Shown piece after piece: positions 1 to 8,726 of a stretch of 32,000 bases of DNA; position 1 is the first letter of the stretch, and every line of letters starts with the position of its first letter. Below the pieces are notes generated by a model. It saw only the letters and a list, made by a program, of their open reading frames with translations. It searched no databases and had not been told where the DNA came from. Location of the stretch: NCBI RefSeq assembly GCF_000011465.1, contig NC_005072.1, positions 810,001-842,000 of the forward strand, written 5' to 3'. This stretch comes from Prochlorococcus marinus subsp. pastoris str. CCMP1986. Lineage in GTDB: Bacteria; Cyanobacteriota; Cyanobacteriia; PCC-6307; Cyanobiaceae. The position numbers and the translations under genes were made by a program.

Positions 1-41
1 GCTGTGATACTTGAGGCTTTTAAACTAGGTTCTTAGCAAAA

Positions 42-218
42 TTATTCTTCACTTTCCTCTTCTTCGTCAATAGGATATACAAATCCTTGTGCTTTACCTG
101 TTAAAACAGATTTACCTAGTGACATTGCTTTTTGAGCAGCTAATGCTGCTTTACCTTTCCAAACAGCATGTCGATGATTTCTCTTGCTCTTTGATTTTTT
201 CTTCTTTGGAACAGCCAT
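42..218 (-). CDS. rpmF: 50S ribosomal protein L32
   Basis: Hand translation of the minus strand gives [58 protein letters not shown], a typical cyanobacterial L32. It is below the 60-aa cutoff of the supplied track. Confidence 0.93.
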
Positions 219-353
219 ACTAATTTCTTATATCCTTCTATTAATATAACCTTTCAATGGTTATCTCTCAAATATTTGAGTATATTTGTTTTAAATAATG
301 CAATTCTTAATCTGAGCTTTTAAGCTTTAGTTATTATATTTTATTGAAGATTA

Positions 354-2108
354 GTGTTCTTTAAATCAAATTTCTCATATTCAGATTCTAATAAGAGTTA
401 TTCTGATCTCTTATTAGAATTAGATTCGGGGAATATACAATCTATATATTTCTATCCTAGAAAAAGGGAAATAGATGTTTTGTATAAGAATGGGAACAAA
501 GAAAAAATACCTATACTTTATAACGACCAACTTATTCTTGAAAAAGCATCAGAAAATAATGTTGACCTAACCATTAATAACAGTCGTAAAGAATCTTCAG
601 CGGCCAATTCGTTTGCATCAGTGGGCCTTTTTTTGATTTTTATAATAGCCATTGTTTTAATATTGAAAAGTACTTCAAAACTAGCCTCAAAAGCTTTAGG
701 TTTTGGTAAAAATAAATCAAAATTTGTCACCATTGATGATGTAGAAACACGATTTGATGATGTTGCTGGTGTTCCTGAAGCCGCGGAAGAATTAAAAGAG
801 GTTATTAAATTTCTTAATGAACCAAAAAAATTTACTGATCTTGGAGCAAAAGTTCCTAAGGGTGTTCTTTTAATTGGTCCTCCTGGAACTGGTAAAACAT
901 TATTAGCTAAAGCTATTGCAGGTGAGTCCGGTGTTCCTTTTCTCTCTATTGCCGCATCAGAATTTGTTGAACTATTTGTTGGTGTTGGTGCAAGTAGAGT
1001 TAGAGACTTATTTGAAAAAGCAAAAGAAAAGTCTCCTTGCATAATATTTATAGATGAAATTGATTCTATTGGTAGACAAAGAGGTTCGGGGATCGGAGGA
1101 GGTAATGATGAAAGAGAACAAACCCTTAATCAGCTTTTAACAGAATTAGATGGATTTGCAGATAATTCTGGAATAATTGTTATTGCCGCCACAAATAGAC
1201 CAGATATCTTAGATTCAGCTCTTTTAAGACCGGGACGATTCGACAGAAAAATTGAAGTCATGTTGCCTGATCTAGATGGCAGAAAAAAAATACTCTCAGT
1301 TCATTCTTTATCTAAACCTCTTGCAAAAGATGTGGATTTGTCATATTGGGCTACAAGAACAGTAGGTTTTTCTGGCGCTGACTTAGCAAATTTAATGAAT
1401 GAAAGTGCTATACATTGTGCTAGAGAAGATTCTAAATTAATTACTTATTCTCATATAGAAAATGCTTTAGATAAAGTTACTCTTGGTCTTCGTACTTCTA
1501 TTATTTCTTCTCAAAATATGAAAAAGATTATTGCATATAACGAAGTTGGACGTGCCATTGTTTCCGCGGTTAAAAATGGTGTTGATTCAGTAGATAAAAT
1601 AACAATTCTTCCGAGATCTGGATATTTAGGAGGATATACAAAAATTAATCCAGACGAAGATATCGTATCAAGTGGATTAATTTCAAAGAAACTATTGTTA
1701 TCTAAAATTGAAATAGCATTGGCAGGAAGAGCTGCTGAAATAATTGTATACGGTAAAAATGAAATTACTCAATGTTCATTTAATGATATATCTTATGCAA
1801 CAAGCATTATTAGAGAGATGGTAACTAAATATGGATTTTCTATAATAGGACCTCTATCTCTTGAAGATGGAGGAGAAATGTCAATTGGAGATGGTTTTGT
1901 TAGGAATAAATCTACAATAGCTGATAACACTTACTCCAGAATTGATAATGAAATTATAAATATTTCTAAAATTTCTTTAAATAATGCCATAAAAATTATC
2001 AGTAATAATCGCATTTTATTAGAAAAACTAGTTGAACTTTTATTGATCAAAGAAACTGTTGAGAATAATACTTTTAAAAAAATAACTTTTGATTTATTAA
2101 AAGTGTGA
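354..2108 (+). CDS. FtsH-family AAA+ protein with degenerate protease motif (FtsHi-like)
   Basis: Walker A GPPGTGKT, Walker [31 protein letters not shown] and an FtsH C-terminal domain ([11 protein letters not shown]...[20 protein letters not shown]). The expected HEAGH zinc motif reads NEVGR. GTG start at 354. Confidence 0.93.
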   Translation: MFFKSNFSYSDSNKSYSDLLLELDSGNIQSIYFYPRKREIDVLYKNGNKEKIPILYNDQLILEKASENNVDLTINNSRKESSAANSFASVGLFLIFIIAIVLILKSTSKLASKALGFGKNKSKFVTIDDVETRFDDVAGVPEAAEELKEVIKFLNEPKKFTDLGAKVPKGVLLIGPPGTGKTLLAKAIAGESGVPFLSIAASEFVELFVGVGASRVRDLFEKAKEKSPCIIFIDEIDSIGRQRGSGIGGGNDEREQTLNQLLTELDGFADNSGIIVIAATNRPDILDSALLRPGRFDRKIEVMLPDLDGRKKILSVHSLSKPLAKDVDLSYWATRTVGFSGADLANLMNESAIHCAREDSKLITYSHIENALDKVTLGLRTSIISSQNMKKIIAYNEVGRAIVSAVKNGVDSVDKITILPRSGYLGGYTKINPDEDIVSSGLISKKLLLSKIEIALAGRAAEIIVYGKNEITQCSFNDISYATSIIREMVTKYGFSIIGPLSLEDGGEMSIGDGFVRNKSTIADNTYSRIDNEIINISKISLNNAIKIISNNRILLEKLVELLLIKETVENNTFKKITFDLLKV

Positions 2109-2142
2109 TTAAATATATTTAATTTATATAAAACATTTTTCC

Positions 2143-2916
2143 TTGATAATAAAATTTAGTCTATTAAGACTATCCATAATAATTTTATTAGTAATACTTT
2201 TTCCATTAGCTCAAAAACAATGGTTAAATTTATACTTGTTTGATATTAATAATTTATCTATTTATAAACTTTTATATTATTTAAGTGGATTAATTGTCCC
2301 TATTCTTGTAATAATAAATTCATTAAATAAGTTTACTTATTATAAATTTAATTTTCATAAAAAAAATAATAATTATTCTGATATTAGTGGTAAATCTTTA
2401 TTCATAATAACTCTAGTAATATTAAGTCTACTATCAATCCTTATATCAAATTATATTTTTATAAATTTAAAAATTATTTTGAATTTATTAATGATTAATA
2501 ATGAATATTTAGTTCAATATGATATTGATAAACAAATCTTATTTATTGTTATTACTTCTATTTTCTTAATATTTAAAAAAACTAAGTTTCTTCTAAAAAA
2601 AATAATATTAACAAATTTTTTTATATTTTCTATTATTAATTGGTATTCACAAATTAATAATTCTTCTTTAAATAATGTGATTCCATTTAATATTTTTAAA
2701 TTTGAAAATATAAACTTTGTAAATATAAACTTTGTAAATATAATCTTTCTTCTAGCTATTGAAACGATGTTTTATCTATGGTCATACATCTCATATAACT
2801 CCTATCTAAGTGATTGGAACGTCCCAAGACCATATAAGAAGGAGGTCACACCAATCTTTAATGTTATTATTTTTTATTTATTAGTTATTTTATATTATTC
2901 AATACTCTTTAAATAG
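2143..2916 (+). CDS. Hypothetical polytopic membrane protein
   Basis: 257-aa ORF from a TTG start with several hydrophobic segments. It follows the FtsH-like gene on the same strand. Confidence 0.6.
   Translation: MIIKFSLLRLSIIILLVILFPLAQKQWLNLYLFDINNLSIYKLLYYLSGLIVPILVIINSLNKFTYYKFNFHKKNNNYSDISGKSLFIITLVILSLLSILISNYIFINLKIILNLLMINNEYLVQYDIDKQILFIVITSIFLIFKKTKFLLKKIILTNFFIFSIINWYSQINNSSLNNVIPFNIFKFENINFVNINFVNIIFLLAIETMFYLWSYISYNSYLSDWNVPRPYKKEVTPIFNVIIFYLLVILYYSILFK
2705..2747 (+). repeat. Short in-frame tandem repeat, unit about 15 nt (aaatataaactttgt), encoding NFVNI repeats
   Basis: Direct reading: aaaatataaactttgt-aaatataaactttgt-aaatataatcttt. Confidence 0.7.
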
Positions 2917-2942
2917 AAAAGGTACTAAATTATATTTTTGAC

Positions 2943-3527
2943 TTAAAGGGCAGAGAAATATTCTTTACTTCCTTTTGGATCTTCTAGCATTGTTTTCTCC
3001 CCTGGAGTCCAATTTGCAGGACAGACCTCATCAGGATTGGCTGCTACATATTGATAACCCTGAAGTATTCTCAGTGTTTCATCAACATTTCTCCCTACAG
3101 GAGCTTTATTCACTGTCGTGTGCATTACAATTCCTTCTGGATTAATAAGAAATAAACCTCTATCAGCTTCACCATCATCATTAAGTACGTTGTAAGCTTG
3201 GCAAATTTCTCTTTTCAAATCTGATACCAAAGGATAGTTAATATCACCAATACCTCCTTCATTTCTTGGTGTTTGTATCCAAGCTAAATGGCAATGTTTG
3301 CTATCAACAGATACTCCAAGAACTTCAGTGTTTAAGTCAGAGAATTTATTAAATTCATCACTGAATGCGGTAATTTCTGTTGGACAAACAAAAGTAAAGT
3401 CTAATGGATAGAAAAACAAGACAACCCATTTACCTTTATAACTTGAAAGCGTAATGTCTTTAAATTCTTGATCATAAACTGCCGTTGCAGTGAAATCTGG
3501 GGCTTCTTGACCAACTCTTAAACTCAT
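2943..3527 (-). CDS. 2-Cys peroxiredoxin (AhpC/TSA family)
   Basis: Peroxidatic Cys motif [14 protein letters not shown] and resolving Cys region HGEVCPANW-like ([13 protein letters not shown]). Confidence 0.96.
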   Translation of the reverse strand: MSLRVGQEAPDFTATAVYDQEFKDITLSSYKGKWVVLFFYPLDFTFVCPTEITAFSDEFNKFSDLNTEVLGVSVDSKHCHLAWIQTPRNEGGIGDINYPLVSDLKREICQAYNVLNDDGEADRGLFLINPEGIVMHTTVNKAPVGRNVDETLRILQGYQYVAANPDEVCPANWTPGEKTMLEDPKGSKEYFSAL

Positions 3528-3843
3528 GAATTTCTATTCCTTTTTTGAAAAAATTAAGGTCTTAATACACCTTAAATTTATTATAATTTTAATGTTTATA
3601 ATATAGCAAGTAAATCTCTAATATGAATTCATGAAATGGCATCATTCCTTAACAAGGAAATTTACAATAATGAACTATTCTAAATTAATAAAAAATCTTA
3701 AAAGAGAATTTATCAAATACCCCATTAATAGAGATATTGATAAAAGGAGTAATTAATAATTAAATCTTCCTCTTTAAAACATCAATAGATATAAAAAACA
3801 TCATTAAGCTTTTTTGCTTAAACTTCTAAGACATTTTAAAAAT

Positions 3844-4002
3844 ATGACAAATTACATAGATAGGCTTAAAGCAAAACTCAAAATTAAAAAATTTGATCCT
3901 GACCAACCAATAAATGCCTGGTTATTTGTCTTGATATTAAATATTGTCGGTTTTGCCGGTTACTTTTATTTAAAAATAAATGATATTCACTTAGGAGACT
4001 GA
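3844..4002 (+). CDS. Small membrane microprotein
   Basis: ATG at 3844 gives MTNYIDRLKAKLKIKKFDPDQPINAWLFVLILNIVGFAGYFYLKINDIHLGD, with one hydrophobic helix. Confidence 0.5.
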   Translation: MTNYIDRLKAKLKIKKFDPDQPINAWLFVLILNIVGFAGYFYLKINDIHLGD

Positions 4003-4008
4003 CTATTT

Positions 4009-4227
4009 TTATCTAATCTCTTTTTTAATTGATCTACAAAAATTTTTATATCTATCGATTCTTGTTAAGTCAGGTAAAGTCCAAATTAACTCTTTATCAA
4101 ATAAAGGACCATTCCATTCTTTAAACTCCTCTCTAATTGAATCACTATTTAGTTTGGAAAGTTTTTTTGTTCTTTTCTTTAAATCTTTCTTAATTACTCT
4201 AATGTTTACATTTATATATTCCCTCAT
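4009..4227 (-). CDS. Hypothetical small protein
   Basis: 72-aa ORF, charged, tryptophan-containing, in an otherwise non-coding interval. Confidence 0.5.
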   Translation of the reverse strand: MREYINVNIRVIKKDLKKRTKKLSKLNSDSIREEFKEWNGPLFDKELIWTLPDLTRIDRYKNFCRSIKKEIR

Positions 4228-4289
4228 AATAAATATATGACTTTTTTTAATTTAACATTAAATGTGTCAATTAAACTTATCAGTAACTA

Positions 4290-4460
4290 TTAAACGTTTT
4301 GAACTGCTTGGAATAATCCAAATGAATATCCTCCTATTAAAATCCAACCTAAAACACTTGATATTATAGTGGACCTCCTATTATGTCTTCGTAACGCATT
4401 CTCAATCATCTCGTTTACTTCATCTCTGCTTATGGAATCAGAATTTGAATTTTTATTCAT
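4290..4460 (-). CDS. Hypothetical single-helix microprotein
   Basis: Hand translation: MNKNSNSDSISRDEVNEMIENALRRHNRRSTIISSVLGWILIGGYSFGLFQAVQNV* (56 aa). Charged N-terminus followed by one hydrophobic helix. Confidence 0.5.
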   Translation of the reverse strand: MNKNSNSDSISRDEVNEMIENALRRHNRRSTIISSVLGWILIGGYSFGLFQAVQNV

Positions 4461-4692
4461 TAATTTTATTTTCTAGTATAAGGGAAATAAATATGCAGTG
4501 AGTTTAACCCCTTTGATTTGTGTTTAATATTAGCTAATGGACTTTGTTATTGATATCTCTAAAACTAATAATAGATGAATTTTTATTCATTTAATTAATT
4601 ATTTCATTGAAGATTTAATTTCAAATGTACATACACGCAAATAAATAACTAAAATGAAGTTTTAAATGTTTTATTAAATTTGGTACCAAAAT

Positions 4693-4860
4693 ATGAATGT
4701 TAATGATGCATCTGTTCTTGAAATGATAAACAGACTTATTGCTTCCGATAGATTAAATAAAAACCAAATTCTCCAATTAGTAAACCTAGCAGCAATTTCA
4801 AATAATATTAATGAATTAGAAGAAAATATGAAATGGGAAACTTTAAAATCTAAATATTAA
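4693..4860 (+). CDS. Hypothetical microprotein
   Basis: Hand translation: MNVNDASVLEMINRLIASDRLNKNQILQLVNLAAISNNINELEENMKWETLKSKY* (55 aa), with normal amino-acid composition and predicted helix. Confidence 0.4.
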   Translation: MNVNDASVLEMINRLIASDRLNKNQILQLVNLAAISNNINELEENMKWETLKSKY

Positions 4861-4928
4861 AAAAATATAAAAAATAATATAATTAGTTCTCAAAATAAAT
4901 ATTATTTAATCAGAAGTAAAGCTTGAAA

Positions 4929-5084
4929 ATGAATTCTAAAAATATACAAAAAAAAATATCTCGGAACGAATATCTTGACGTATTGAAGGGTTTAAATTCT
5001 TGTGAAGTAAGCAAAGCTAGCGCTGAAATAATGCTCGAACGATTTTGTAACGGAAAAGAAATTGATTTTCCTTTTTCTCAATAA
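4929..5084 (+). CDS. Hypothetical microprotein
   Basis: Hand translation: MNSKNIQKKISRNEYLDVLKGLNSCEVSKASAEIMLERFCNGKEIDFPFSQ* (51 aa). Confidence 0.4.
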   Translation: MNSKNIQKKISRNEYLDVLKGLNSCEVSKASAEIMLERFCNGKEIDFPFSQ

Positions 5085-5483
5085 TTAGGATTTATTAGTA
5101 GTCAAGATTTCTTTCGGAGCTATTTGAAAATAAGATTGTTTATCGCTGACTTTAACTTTATTAATAATAAAAACTGTTGATATTACAAAAATTATAATTA
5201 TAACTAGATCCCCTACAGTTAATCCTCTCTCCTTTAAATTCATAACATTAATTTTAATTATTTTTATTATAACTGAGTTGTTTATCTAATTTTACTTGAA
5301 TTATCGATAGTTTACTTAATATAAATAATCAATATAAGATGAACTATAAATATATAACTTATTTACTGATTAATATTTAACCGAGCACGCACTTTAAATA
5401 ACATATGGATGATATTTAATTTCTAATTGAGACTGCAGAAACAATTCGTGATTTAAAAATTTGAATTTTGTTTAAATAACTTT

Positions 5484-5636
5484 TTAAAAACTTTCTTTCA
5501 GAATATTTAATAACTTTGTCCGTTTAACGTAGTTTTCTTTTTCCCATAAACTAGTTACTTCATCATTATTAATTGGTTTTGATTCATAAGCAAAATACCA
5601 GAGTATAAATCCAATTGGTATTATTAATATTTGCAT
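5484..5636 (-). CDS. Hypothetical membrane-anchored microprotein
   Basis: Hand translation: MQILIIPIGFILWYFAYESKPINNDEVTSLWEKENYVKRTKLLNILKESF* (50 aa). N-terminal hydrophobic helix and charged tail. Confidence 0.4.
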   Translation of the reverse strand: MQILIIPIGFILWYFAYESKPINNDEVTSLWEKENYVKRTKLLNILKESF

Positions 5637-5708
5637 TTAATTTAAGTTGACTTAGATTTAATATAGTGCAACACTAATAATATGCAAGTGTTACAATAAA
5701 TTTTTTAT

Positions 5709-6077
5709 ATGCCCACGCAAAGAAGAAGAATTGGTTTTTTACCAAGATCGGAAGTTCAGAATATAATAGACAAAATTTGTATTATTAATAAATTAAGTCA
5801 ATCAAAAGTAACTGGGATATTGGTTGAAGAAGCACTAAGGTCTAGAGGGGTATTAAATACCTCTATTAAAAAGCTATCATACGAATTTTATAGTAATAAC
5901 GGTGATGCATTATCAATTCCTAATAAAAAATATAACAACGAAATACCAATGGTTGAAGATAACAATCATTTAGATGATGAATCTATAAATGATGAAGTTC
6001 AAATGATTAACGACTATATTGAATTTAAGTTTTTTAAAAATATAATGAATAGAAATAAAAGCAGGATAAAGGAATAG
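5709..6077 (+). CDS. Hypothetical protein with ribbon-helix-helix-like N-terminus
   Basis: 122 aa. MPTQRRRIGFLPRSEVQNIIDKICIINKLSQSKVTGILVEEAL resembles a short beta strand plus two helices. The C-terminal half is acidic. Confidence 0.5.
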   Translation: MPTQRRRIGFLPRSEVQNIIDKICIINKLSQSKVTGILVEEALRSRGVLNTSIKKLSYEFYSNNGDALSIPNKKYNNEIPMVEDNNHLDDESINDEVQMINDYIEFKFFKNIMNRNKSRIKE

Positions 6078-6333
6078 TGTTACACTTTATTAGAAAAACT
6101 TGAGCATTAATTGAACATGGGACTTGGGGCCTAAGAACCCTCAACCACTTGGAACAATTTAGCTATAGCCAATAAAGAAGGTAAGTAAAAAAATAAGTTC
6201 GTTGAATTCGTGATGTTTTATTCTTTGGATGATTGACAGTAGATCTAAAATAAAAAAGTAATTAAGATCTTTTTATGGATAAAAGATTTTTAGCTGAAAA
6301 GATAATGACTCTTCTCATTTCATTAATCTTCTA

Positions 6334-6450
6334 ATGAATATTTCTCCCCACTTATTAATAGATGTTGGAATACTAAGTACTGCATTGACTATAACTCTTG
6401 TATTGAGAGCTAAAGGTAACGCAGCAAGAAAAGAGCGAGAAACTAAATGA
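6334..6450 (+). CDS. Very small membrane microprotein
   Basis: Hand translation: MNISPHLLIDVGILSTALTITLVLRAKGNAARKERETK* (38 aa). One hydrophobic helix and a basic tail. Its stop overlaps the next start (ATGA). Confidence 0.5.
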   Translation: MNISPHLLIDVGILSTALTITLVLRAKGNAARKERETK

Positions 6451-6587
6451 TTACTAAAAAAGAGGAAACCGAATACGAAAAACCTAAATTATTTAGGTTT
6501 TGGAATTTTCTAATCTATGGAAGTTTTTTTGCTATTGGTGCTTTCTTAGTTTATTTATATTCGGCTTATATTTTTATAAATAAATAA
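6447..6587 (+). CDS. Small membrane microprotein
   Basis: Hand translation: MITKKEETEYEKPKLFRFWNFLIYGSFFAIGAFLVYLYSAYIFINK* (46 aa). One hydrophobic helix. Overlaps both neighbours. Confidence 0.5.
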   Translation: MITKKEETEYEKPKLFRFWNFLIYGSFFAIGAFLVYLYSAYIFINK

Positions 6588-6823
6588 TGGAACATTGGCT
6601 GATAAATTCAAGTAGATCAGAAGTTAAGAGATTTATAAAGAACGATAAGAGTATTGATAAAGTATTCGAGTATATGTTCATTGATTCTGGAAAAATAGTT
6701 GGAGTATTAGGGAAAGAACCTCCAGTTATTACTACAACAGTTTCTGTAGATATAGATTTAGCTAGAGAAATTTATGAAAGATTACTTTCTCAAGGTTGGC
6801 GTAAAACAAAAGTAGTTTGGTAA
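6587..6823 (+). CDS. DUF1651-like small protein
   Basis: 78 aa. C-terminal signature AREIYERLLSQGWRKTKVVW is shared with the 8478..8726 ORF. Confidence 0.6.
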   Translation: MEHWLINSSRSEVKRFIKNDKSIDKVFEYMFIDSGKIVGVLGKEPPVITTTVSVDIDLAREIYERLLSQGWRKTKVVW

Positions 6824-7041
6824 TAAATAATCATTTACCTCCTTTAATAATTGTTCATAAGTGTGAGTTTATAGATTTGTGAATTGAACTTTGTACGGGT
6901 TAAGGAACGACAAGGTTCGGGAGTAGGTACGTATAAATACTTAGTGAATAATTAAGACTTTCTAGAGTAATTGCATGGTTGTCATGAGACTGCCGCGGAA
7001 GCTGTAGAAATCAACCATACTTTTTACATAAAGGAATAAAT

Positions 7042-7191
7042 ATGACAGACCCAATTCTCTATCTTTCAATGATTTTAGGACTTACTGGAGTGTATGTTTT
7101 AATCTCATCTTTTGGAGATGATGACGATGATAGTAATGATGATGGTGAAAGATATATCTACAACCTTGAATACGTAAAAGTAGGAAAGTAG
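7042..7191 (+). CDS. Small acidic-tailed membrane microprotein
   Basis: Hand translation: MTDPILYLSMILGLTGVYVLISSFGDDDDDSNDDGERYIYNLEYVKVGK* (49 aa). Purine-rich aaaggaa lies just upstream of the ATG. Confidence 0.55.
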   Translation: MTDPILYLSMILGLTGVYVLISSFGDDDDDSNDDGERYIYNLEYVKVGK

Positions 7192-7332
7192 ATTGTACTA
7201 ATTAATGATTGATACATTAATTAAGGCATAACTTATCTATCATTGAGCTGACATAAATAGCTAAGAAGAGGTAGTGATATTTAGAGATTTCTGCTCTCAC
7301 GGCTAGATAGACCTAGTGTTATTATAAATTAA

Positions 7333-7389
7333 CGTTCATCCTAGTAATATCTGGACGCATGACATGGAAATAGGGAACGGGATTTCCAT
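7333..7389 (+). promoter_or_regulatory. Candidate glutamine-type riboswitch (Downstream-peptide motif)
   Basis: CGTTC (7333-7337) pairs with GAACG (7375-7379). TCC/GGA (7339-7341/7353-7355) plus AG/CT form an inner hairpin, followed by GGACGCATG. An exact 8-bp pseudoknot, ATGGAAAT (7364-7371) with ATTTCCAT (7382-7389), is also present. A short ORF starts 15 nt downstream. Confidence 0.75.
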
Positions 7390-7403
7390 TAACTGCAAAG
7401 GTC

Positions 7404-7568
7404 ATGAATAACCTCGTACTCATTAGAGAAAAAATCAAAAGAGCTGCAAGGCTTAATAAAGCCAAACTTCTTGCTACAAAAAATGGAGAGATTACTCCTT
7501 ATAATCCTACTATTTTTGAGCTAAGACAAAAGCAAGCTTGCAAAGATATTGAAGCGTTAAATTCTTAA
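7404..7568 (+). CDS. Basic microprotein downstream of candidate riboswitch
   Basis: Hand translation: MNNLVLIREKIKRAARLNKAKLLATKNGEITPYNPTIFELRQKQACKDIEALNS* (54 aa). Sits between the candidate riboswitch and a clear terminator. Confidence 0.7.
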   Translation: MNNLVLIREKIKRAARLNKAKLLATKNGEITPYNPTIFELRQKQACKDIEALNS

Positions 7569-7596
7569 TTTGAATTTATTACTTTCATTCGACTGG

Positions 7597-7624
7597 AAGG
7601 GGTTTTATAACCCCTTTTTTATTA
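7597..7624 (+). terminator. Rho-independent terminator
   Basis: aaGGGGttttataaCCCCttttttatt: GC-rich stem followed by a T-run, 30 nt after the 54-aa ORF. Confidence 0.8.
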
Positions 7625-7770
7625 GTAATTTTGCTTGATAATAAAGCAAATATTGTAAAGCTTATTACGTGCAACACTTTTCCTATTAAAATAAATTCTA
7701 GAAAATTACAATTAATTAGAGAATAATCTTAAGATTGCTATCCTTATTGGAAGATGGCACTACTTTACTA

Positions 7771-7920
7771 ATGAAGGAATTACAAGAAAATACTATTGAT
7801 CAAATAAGAACCCTTCTGAGGTATTTGAGTGAAACAGATCTATTAAAAAACAAAGATATTCTTATGTGTTTAGATGTAATAGCGAGAGAGTATGGAGGAG
7901 AAGTCGTAGATAAAAATTAA
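7771..7920 (+). CDS. Hypothetical microprotein
   Basis: An internal ATG of track ORF 7735..7920 gives MKELQENTIDQIRTLLRYLSETDLLKNKDILMCLDVIAREYGGEVVDKN. Confidence 0.45.
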   Translation: MKELQENTIDQIRTLLRYLSETDLLKNKDILMCLDVIAREYGGEVVDKN

Positions 7921-8171
7921 ATATTAATATCCGATTTTATTTTTTGGATCAGTTATGAAAATAATAAGATTAAGAACTAGATTGGCAGGAAAATTAAGTG
8001 GCTTTAGAAGAAGTAAAACCATTCCCTGAGTTACATTAAAATCCATACCTTCTTTGGTCATATTTGTATGATGCCAAAAACTATAAATTGTATCTAGCTG
8101 TTCTTATTAAAACTATAGATTTATATTATGGTTGTATAACATAGTGCAATAAAGTATTAGTTATGTTCGAT

Positions 8172-8243
8172 GCCGATATAGCTCAGCGGTAGAGCAACTG
8201 TCTCGTAAACAGTAGGTCATCGGTTCAATTCCGATTATCGGCA
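8172..8243 (+). tRNA. tRNA-Thr (anticodon CGU)
   Basis: GCCGATA/TATCGGC acceptor stem, GCTC..GAGC D-arm, ACTGT-CTCGTAA-ACAGT anticodon arm, TCGGTTCAATTCCGA T-arm. CCA not encoded. Confidence 0.96.
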
Positions 8244-8477
8244 TTTAAATTTCAGGTATTAGTAGTAATTGATTTTCGATATAAAGTAATACTTAATTAT
8301 CTCTTTTTTTTTTAATTTTCAAAAGCTAAATCTTTTATCAGCAATATGAAAAATAAAATAATCCATAAACGGGAGCAGTCTAAATACACTTAGAGCTACT
8401 TAAGCTCATGCCATTTTAGGAGCTTATGTTGTTATGACTGCCAACTTTTGGAGTAATGCAAGTAGTACTAAAAATTT

Positions 8478-8726
8478 TTAAAAATAGCTCTTAAATATAC
8501 TGGTCTTCCTCCATCCGTCCTCCAATAACTGCTTATATTCCTTTCTTGCATCTTCAATGGATTCTACTCTTGAACCTTTGATAACTGGTTTACTTGATCT
8601 TTTATATACACAAGCATATTTAATTTCCATTGCATTAATAGTGGGAGAAGGTTTACTAACATCCTCGAATGGCTTAAATATTTTTATTCGATCTCTCTTC
8701 TTATTTATTAAAGTAAATTCCTCCAT
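8478..8726 (-). CDS. DUF1651-like small protein
   Basis: 82 aa. C-terminal ARKEYKQLLEDGWRKTSIFKSYF is similar to the 6587..6823 product. Confidence 0.65.
   Translation of the reverse strand: MEEFTLINKKRDRIKIFKPFEDVSKPSPTINAMEIKYACVYKRSSKPVIKGSRVESIEDARKEYKQLLEDGWRKTSIFKSYF

Noticed and set aside
518-1042. 174-aa minus-strand ORF in the track
   Set aside because: Antisense shadow of the FtsH-like coding sequence. The forward frame has unmistakable AAA motifs.
7954-8028. 24-codon basic ORF MKIIRLRTRLAGKLSGFRRSKTIP
   Set aside because: Too short to support without conservation or translation evidence. Left as unannotated spacer.
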